From contig OX597816.1 of assembly GCA_951406725.2 (NCBI GenBank), positions 29,202,001 to 29,266,000 of the forward strand: a stretch of DNA of 64,000 nucleotides, written 5' to 3'. Positions 56,000 to 64,000 of the stretch are shown here, one piece after another. The position numbers and the translations under genes were made by a program. The notes beneath the pieces were generated by a model. It ran no database searches. It was not told the origin of the DNA and saw only the letters and a program-made list of their open reading frames with translations. Source of the DNA: Octopus vulgaris. Its lineage: Eukaryota. How positions within the stretch are numbered: position 1 is the stretch's first letter; each line of letters starts with the position of its first letter.

Positions 56000-57873
56000 T
56001 ATTTTTAAAAATGTTGGCATAAAGTCATGATACAGAGTAGCTTGTGGGCTAGACAAAAAAACGCCCGCCGATTCTTTGCTTCTCTAAAACATAATTTTTT
56101 ACACAAGAAACAAACCGAGTTATTGAACCTCTTACTTCCGTTTTACAATTATTGGACTTTAGTCAATTTACGAATTGAGGCGCTGAGCCTCTATTACACT
56201 TAAACACTATAACACTGAGGCTTTTAAACTCTTGTCAATTTTCCTCCACAACATCTCTTGTGCCCGTATACTCCGCCAATACCCACGCCCCGTTTAAAAC
56301 TAAGGCGGGCTCCGAGTCGGCGTCGCCCGGCCACAAGCAATATTCCTCTTTGAGTTCCTCTTTGTCTTCCTCTAGGGTCGAGGTAGTCATTTCTACCGTT
56401 GGCGCCACAACCATCTGAAAATGGTGTCTCTTTCCCTGCCGGTGGCACAACGGACAATGTTACGGCTTCCTCTGTCGGTGGCACGATTCCCACCGAAGAG
56501 GCCTTGGGAGATGCCGGCAGTACACTGCATGCCTCCAGCACTGTCTCATGCTTTTTTCTCTTTTTCTCTTTTATCTTTGGTGCGGAAGGGGTTGGCTCCT
56601 TCGCCATAACCGCAGGAACCGCGCTTTTCTCCCGCAACGCCGGTATCATTGTTGCTCCACTTCTTCCTTTTCATCCCTTTTTTCGGGGCAGGTCACTTCC
56701 CCTCCTCCATCTCTCCTTCCGGAGGAGGAGGGGGTTCTTCCACAACTAACTGCTCCAGCACCCTGCTCTGGTCCTTGGGACAGTTCTTCTTAATGCGGCC
56801 AGGCTCAAGGCACAGATGGCACTTGGGTGGAGGGCGTCCCTCAAGAATCACCGGATACCTGGACCCGGCTATCCTCAAAACATCTGGGAACATCAGATCA
56901 TCGTCTGATTGGGTCCACAGGGTCAAAACTGCTTTTCACCCCACCCAATCAGCTGCAGGCATTATTTTAACATTCAACAGCTTGGCTCCGCTTCCACCCA
57001 GATCCTCGGCGGATAGTATCCTCTATTCCTGGTGGCAGCCCACAGACCCATGCTCTTGTCAATTTCCCCCCACGATATGTGGGCAGAAACAGAATTTTCT
57101 CCCCTTGCAGGGGCAGGCTCGCGAAGATGCGTGCCTCCTCAGGGGTATCAAATAGCAACCGCACTGTTGCATATTTGACACCGCTTGTAATAAACTTGAT
57201 GGTTGCCAGGTATTCTTCCAACATCTTCTCAATATCTACTTGAGATAACACAGTGATGGTGTAGAGGGACTTGGAATATGTCCTCAACACCACTATTCTC
57301 TCATTAAGGTCTCTTATCCACTGCTTGGGGAGCACAATTTCCCTCTCCAAGACAGTGTTTTTGCATTTTGTTGCCATGCTTGCAAAAAAATTAAGAAAAA
57401 TATTCGACACAAGATCCAAAATGTTCCAAATAAAATGTCCAATATATTCACATAAAAGAACAGAAAGACAGAGCAGAGAAAAGAACGAAGGAAAACAGTT
57501 CAATTCACGTCACTCAGGTAATCCACAAAAATACAGTTAGTTACTCCAGTTCACCGTCGTAGCACACAAACATTCCTCCACAAATTCATAAATTTTACAG
57601 ATTTTGGTATCGAGACACGCCCACAAAGCCAACAATTCTCACAGCTAAGCGAGTCACTCGACGCGACCGCAGCAGACAAATGTCTAGTACCCAGTGAAGA
57701 TTTCTTATTCGAGAAAAAACAATAGCAAAAAATAAAAACTCCCAACCGATTCCCTAAAAAGACAGATGCCCCCTTTGCAGTCTTTTATTCAAGACGGCTT
57801 CCAAGCACGTTAGTCACTTACACGGGTATTCACTCTCGTAAGTGACTGACAAACTGACGCATGCGAAAGCGAG
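56000..57873 (-). mobile_element. ORF1-only LINE-like element, copy 2 (1874 bp between TSDs)
   Basis: 16-bp TSD ggtaagcaagYtactt at 55984-55999 and 57874-57889. ~495-bp leader, one frameshifted ORF, ~230-bp 3' UTR ending ttttaaaaataa. No RT or endonuclease. Confidence 0.85.
56235..57377 (-). pseudogene. L1/Tx1-type ORF1-like protein with zinc knuckle (frameshifted)
   Basis: MATKCKN...VRLLFDTPEEARIF...TRAWVCGLPPGI...YPVILEGRPPPKCHLCLEPGRIKKNCP (CX2CX4[H to R]X4C), then a K-rich and low-complexity tail. Confidence 0.75.
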
Positions 57874-57911
57874 GGTAAGCAAGTTACTTACCAAAAGTCC
57901 ACTTCTACACC

Positions 57912-57943
<32 letters not shown>

Positions 57944-57948
57944 AATAA

Positions 57949-57999
<51 letters not shown>

Positions 58000-58004
<5 letters not shown>

Positions 58005-58195
58005 TATATAGAAGGAGCTTCTACAGGACTAGAACTGTTTCATTCAAGAGAAATCATCAGGAGCTTCCTGATGATTTCTCTTGAATGAAACAGTTCTAGT
58101 CCTGTAGAAGCTCCTTCTATATAATAAATTAATTTTACTCTGCTATGTATTGAGTACCTTATTTACTGTGGTTAACCCCGAATCAACCCGGGACC

Positions 58196-58198
<3 letters not shown>
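58000..58198. mobile_element. ~200-bp palindromic double-HHR mini element in (TA)n
   Basis: 58000-58129 is an almost perfect palindrome with a ~70-bp tail; (TA)n on both sides. Confidence 0.9.
58060..58114 (+). ncRNA. Type I hammerhead ribozyme motif (mirror copy on minus strand ~58014-58068)
   Basis: ggagcttc-CTGATGA-tttctcttgaat-GAAA-cag(ttctagtc)ctg-TA-gaagctcc. 8-bp stem I, short stem II TTC/GAA, stem III CAG/CTG, GUA triplet. Confidence 0.88.
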
Positions 58199-58239
<41 letters not shown>

Positions 58240-58242
<3 letters not shown>

Positions 58243-59426
58243 TGGTTGGACAAAATAATGGAAACATCTAGCGTCATAGCATCATAATTTTGATATATTT
58301 ATAAAACCGTCAAAATCTTGCTTGTTTTTATGTTTTTTTAAAATTTATTATTAATGTTGCGTAATATGTTTTGCTAAAATTGCAGTTTCTTTTCAGATAT
58401 CATCGAAAAAATATAATTACATTTCATTAAAATGACAAATCTATCGAACTTTCAAAGCGGCCAAAATGTTGGTGCCGCTATGAAAGGCGCTAGCGTAACG
58501 AAAATACCCGAAATGTTTGGTGTAACAAGAAGTACTCTCTCCGAAGTAATGACAGCCTTTGAGAAAGAGGGAAAATCTTCGTCGTCGAAACAAAACTTCA
58601 GAAGAAAAGCAAAACTTTGAGAAAGAGACTCTCGGACTGTCGAAATATTAGAAAGGATCACAAAGTACGGCTCCCAAAATTACTGCAGGGCTTAATGATC
58701 CACTTTCCATTAAAGTTTTTTGCTGAGAGCTGCACGAAGCCGGATTTCACGGGAGAACTGCAATCAGAAAACCACTGCTTTCAAAAACAAATGTTGCAAA
58801 GTGTTTACAGTAGAGTAAAAACCTACAGAATTGGTCCCTAGAGAAGTGGAAGATTGTTATTTTCTCGGACGAGTCATCCTTTGCCTTATTTCCGACCACC
58901 GAGTATACATGTGGAGACAACCAAAAGAAGCATTTGGCCAAGATTGCCTTCTTCCTGCTGTTAAACATGCAGGAGCATCGGTGATGATTGGAGTGGGAAG
59001 GGGCTATAGCTTGCAAGCCCGGCGGGCCAGTGGTTTCCCTTCATGGCAGATTTAATAGTCGACTATTCAAGCATTTTATATGATCAAATTCATCCTATGT
59101 TTGCAGAACTGTTTCTGGAGGTAAATGCAATCTTTCAGGATGATAATGCACCAATTCACACATCTAAAGTTTTTCCTGAATGGCCCGATCTACATTCTAG
59201 TGAAGTTGAACATATTATCTGGCCACCACAGCCACCAGATCATTTATAGTGTATTTTAGAAAAACAATTAAGGAGTCGATATCGTCCACCATCATCCCTA
59301 CAGGAACTGGAGACTCTTTTGGCTGAAGAATGGACAAAAATTATTTTGGAAGCAATTCAAACTTTGTATGAGTCCTTACCTCGAAGAATTCAAGCTATAA
59401 TTATTGCCACAGCGGGTCGTACCCCA
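58240..59426 (+). mobile_element. Tc1-like transposon, defective, cut by the assembly gap
   Basis: TA|CAGTG left end; motifs FSDES, VKHAGASVM, FQDDNAPIH, WPPQPPD, LYESLPRRIQA across frameshifts. Confidence 0.9.
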
Positions 59427-59526
59427 NNNNNNNNNNNNNNNNNNNNNNNNNNNNNNNNNNNNNNNNNNNNNNNNNNNNNNNNNNNNNNNNNNNNNNNNNN
59501 NNNNNNNNNNNNNNNNNNNNNNNNNN
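59427..59526. other. Assembly gap (100 N)
   Basis: Read directly. Confidence 1.
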
Positions 59527-59580
59527 AGAATTCTACAAAATTTTTTTTGCCACCCTATATTGATTAATTATATATATATA

Positions 59581-59740
<160 letters not shown>

Positions 59741-59927
59741 TAAGGGTAGAAATTGATATTTATCAATTAAGACCAGTGGTCTAGCATATTAAAAAAGAAT
59801 CCGAAGATTAAAATATTTATATATACCAATTAAGGACTGAACACGAAAAGTGGACAGTCAACATGCTAGATATAGACGTCAAATCGTCATTCTCCACAAA
59901 AGATTATGTTCTCAGATCAAACTCAAC

Positions 59928-60111
<184 letters not shown>

Positions 60112-60439
60112 TATATACATGCATATATATTAATAACACTATGTAACACAACTTTTGTCTTTCGGAAACAAATGATATTTCCTATTCGGTTAGGTCTAGA
60201 AAGTATGAATAATAGCTTCAAACTTTGTTTTTCTGGCCAGGATAAAAATATTTCTTAAGTTTAACTAATACCATTGGGAAAGGCGGAAAATGTGAACATT
60301 CCCATTCATTGAAAGCAAGATCAAAACAACATATAATTCAAAAGTGGCATTTATTTATTTATTCTAGGTTTGCAGAAAAGATACCAAAAAATATTTCGAA
60401 GCCATTAGTTTTTCGCAATTTACGCTTATACTCTAAATT

Positions 60440-62264
60440 ACTTTCACAAATAAGCGACCAAATATAGCCTTCCATCATATTGTCGTTATATGATCCTTGG
60501 TTACGGCGTTCAAAGTCCATTATATATTGGTGGAATCGCTCGCCTTGCTCCTGCAGCCCATGTTTCCATAGTTTTTCACCAGAGTCTCAGCAATCTCTAC
60601 TACATAGTTCACGACTTTGTTATTTCCCAGGAACCTTCGAACCACTGCAACAAAGGTGTTCCACGCTGATTCCTCCGTCCTCAGTGAGCTTCTTGGAGAA
60701 TTCCTTTGCACTCTAAGATCTTGTACATTTGTGGTCCGACGAAGACATACCGGCTTTCGTCTTTGATTCAGACAGCTTAGGGAAAAAGTCTTTAAGATAT
60801 CCGAAGGTTGCAGACTACTGGCCTATAGCCGAAAAATAACTGCTTCATAAAACCCAAGTTTATATACAGTGAAGGAAACAATACTTTCCGGGGGTTCAAC
60901 AGTGGCTCCCATTTGTTGTTTTTCTTCTCCACACAGAACTCGGTCCGCTGTGTCCAGTCCTGCCTCTGGTAGTTTTCTGCAGTCGCCCTGCTGTTCCAAA
61001 GGCAAAGATAACACGGGAAATAGGTAAAGCCGCATTGGAGGCCCATCAGAAAGGTCACCATTTTAAAGTCTCCAATAACCTCCCAACCGTACTCTTCATA
61101 TTTCAAGGCTTTAAGTAAGATCTTCACGCTGCTGTATTCCTCTATGAGCTGCCCTGAGTGAGCTATGAGCAGAGATAGATACATATTACCTTTGTGAAGT
61201 AGTACGTCTTTGAGGTAATTGGATGAGCTGTCAATGAAGAGGCGCCTTTCGCTGAGGTTACAAGCGATTCCAATAGCCTTAAACAAAGAAGTCTGATTAT
61301 GGCAGCAACAAAGCTTATCTTGACTGGTGAGAAAAACTTGAAAAATACTGGTTGTACTTTCTCTGATTTGTGATTTGCACAACTTCTTGTAACAAATCCA
61401 TCTTCCGGAGTCTCGATGCGAAAAGTTCAGCATTGGACTTTGTGAGACCAAGATCTTTGATAAGGTCGTTGAGGTTTTCTTGGTTAGAGTAATTTGGATT
61501 TCTATCTGTAGCTGCAGCTCTGAAAAATCTGGATCAACGATTTCAACCTCCTCTCGTGCTTTGCACCCTTCTGAATGTGGCTACTCTCTCTTTGGAGGTG
61601 TGGGTTCTGAGGGTTTAGGGCATTGGGGTACTAGGGCGATTGGTAACAGAAGCTCTGGATATATGAAAGCAGGTGCATTCTTGCCAGCTCGACGTTTAGA
61701 AGGGTGAGTCGTGCAGAAGAAGCAGTTTTTTCAGTGGATAGTTGATTCTCTCCAAATTCGTGAGATTACGAATCCCATGGCTCTCTTTTCCCCTCTGTAC
61801 CATACTGCAAAAGAGAAAAATAAGAATATGAGTATAACAATACAAATATATTAAAATTGCTTCCCCAACCATTCATCATCTTCCACCCATAAGGAAATAT
61901 TTACAATTAGAGATGTATTTACATTCTTCATTGTATGGTACTTGATTTTGTATATTATATCTTCATTAAATACAGCATACATATTTTCTATAACACTGGT
62001 TAAAAAAGAGGAAAAAAACACGAAACAAAAATCCAAAATTTTTACACTTGAAAATTCCACAATCCAGTTTTGTAGGGTTCGCAGCTGAAATGAGGTACCC
62101 AGTGTTTATCCTGAGTCCCAACAGGCATGGCGAAATAGGCCTCGTAGGCCTCACACATTTTAGCAGATCTTGTAACAAATTACGTTTTTGCTCTTCTCTT
62201 GATAAAAATCCTCGCAAATATAACAAAATTCATCTGCCGGATGTTTACAACTTATTGAAGCCAT
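60440..62264 (-). pseudogene. Decayed DNA transposase, probably Chapaev3 (CMC) type, with a likely intron
   Basis: MASISCKHPADEFCYIC...AYEAYFAMPVGTQDKHWVPHFSC, then WYRGEKRAM...IWRE...CFFC, RLFIDSS...VLLHKGN...GDFKMV...PCYLCLWNSR, QGERFHQ...ERRNQG. The family name is from recalled motifs. TIRs not located. Confidence 0.7.
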
Positions 62265-62455
62265 TAGTGACGGGTGCTGCAATCAATAACGCTGTGTGTC
62301 CACTTTGACAGCTAGACGTAGACTGAACTAAAGAGTCTATGTTTCCTGAATCGTTTTATTTATGGTGCTTTCAGTGTTGGCAAAAGGTTCTGGAAATAAA
62401 TATAGAGATATGTTTCCATGCAGCTTTGTCGTCCAATCGCCGTTCAAACTCCCAG

Positions 62456-62499
<44 letters not shown>

Positions 62500-63471
62500 C
62501 ATTAAGTAGCATACCTACTTTAAAAATATTGATTCAGATTAATATATTAATTCAGATTAATATATAACATACTTACATATATATGTATATACATATGCAT
62601 ATCTTTTTCATTTATGTCATAAAACACAAAAAATATGAAATAGGAAAACTTCGAACACGAACCTTTTTGCGACCAACGAAAGAAACAAATGGAATACAAG
62701 ATAAATTACATAAAGAACGATCCTTATATATATATATATATATGCTTAAATTTTTTGATCTATATATTTATTTGTCATACGCCATAATGTGCAAACTATT
62801 TGAAAGTATACTTGACAAATGTGACGTAATTGAAATTATAATTTCTTAAGAACAACGTAGGAAAATGCTACCATTGCTAACATTAGTACCAGTATGTAAT
62901 TTCCCGATGCCTTGATTTGAAATCAATTACATAATTGCCAATGCATGACACTCTCAGCACTTGTACCACAACTGTGTTAGAGCTTCTGATGAATAATATG
63001 AAGCACATACATATTTCGAAGATAGAATTAATACAGACGTTAACACACGCACACACATTAATTCTCTATTGTCGTATATAGAGTACTTCGTTGGTTGAAC
63101 GAAGGGCACTTCGTTGATTAAACTCTATGAAACCCAAGAATAAAAGTGCTTATTTTATACAGAGAACGGACCCTAATTTCTGTCGTGAACATTTCATCAA
63201 CGAGCATAGGGTCCTCTATAATACAGTTATATAAGGCATTGTTGTATTTAGATGTTTAACTTAATAATAAAGAGGAAAAGGAAAGCACAATAACTTAGAA
63301 TAAACCACCGGTATGTTTAACAAGTGGAATCAGACAATGAGTCTTGTGATGTGAAAGAGCGAAGCCTAATACTTCAATTACGTGAGTTGTAATGAAACAA
63401 CTCAGATACTTATATTTAAGTTTAATTTTATATATAGGAGCAGATTCCTCTTCAATGGCATTTTCTCTATA

Positions 63472-63865
63472 TCTTTATATATAAAAGTGAAGTTGTGTGT
63501 CTGTCTCCTACGATTTAGATTACTAACTACTCCCACATTTTGCGGTGCAGTTTAACCAAAACCGGGTATCTTATAGTCGTGATTCATATCGAGCCCTTCT
63601 GGGTATTAGCGCGCGTCTACGATGAGTCTACGATTTTATAAAAATTACCATAATTGTTTTCCATCTTAATGCATTTTTTCGCTATTATATAAGGGAAGTA
63701 ACTCTCTAAAAATGTCTACGATGAGTCAACGATTAAAAAAAAAATTACCATAATTTTTTTCCATTTTTGATGCATTTTTTTGCTATTTTTTGGCTATAAC
63801 TCTCTAAAAATGCTTATATAGTTATTTCTTTTACAAACCCGAGCAACGCCGGGCAATACTGCTAG
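63472..63865 (+). mobile_element. Non-autonomous Helitron-like element, copy 2
   Basis: A|TC...CTAG|T ends, hairpin cccgagcaacgccggg, homologous to 881-1272. Confidence 0.85.
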
Positions 63866-64000
63866 TTAGTTATACAAAGATTACCTGGGGACCTGAAACA
63901 TGTCCGGGTTTATAGTGCGTAAATCACCGGTAGGTTCAATGACATTAATATGCCATCTAAATTTGGTTTAATCGATAGCAGCCATATTAAGTTCAAAGTT

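Overview
AT-rich, microsatellite-dense eukaryotic genomic DNA made almost entirely of repeats, with one 100-N gap at 59427-59526. The SINE families resemble those I recall from Octopus, so the organism is an inference. No confident host protein-coding gene was found, and most ORF-track entries are translations of simple repeats. Contents: at least six Penelope-like element (PLE) remnants with GIY-YIG endonuclease traces; several short palindromic inserts in (TA)n tracts; two mariners and one Tc1; a probable Chapaev3-type transposase; two non-autonomous Helitrons; a deleted Ty3/gypsy element; CR1-, RTE- and R4/Dong-like LINE fragments; and four tRNA-derived SINE families. Two things stand out. 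(1) About a dozen type I hammerhead ribozyme (HHR) motifs, intact or decayed and from several unrelated families, occur in PLE termini, in tiny non-coding palindromes and in a tRNA-SINE tail. (2) Two copies of a LINE-like element encoding only a zinc-knuckle ORF1 are inserted at or near the same position in the head of the dominant SINE; one copy has a 16-bp target duplication. All calls come from reading the sequence by eye and boundaries are approximate unless a motif is quoted.
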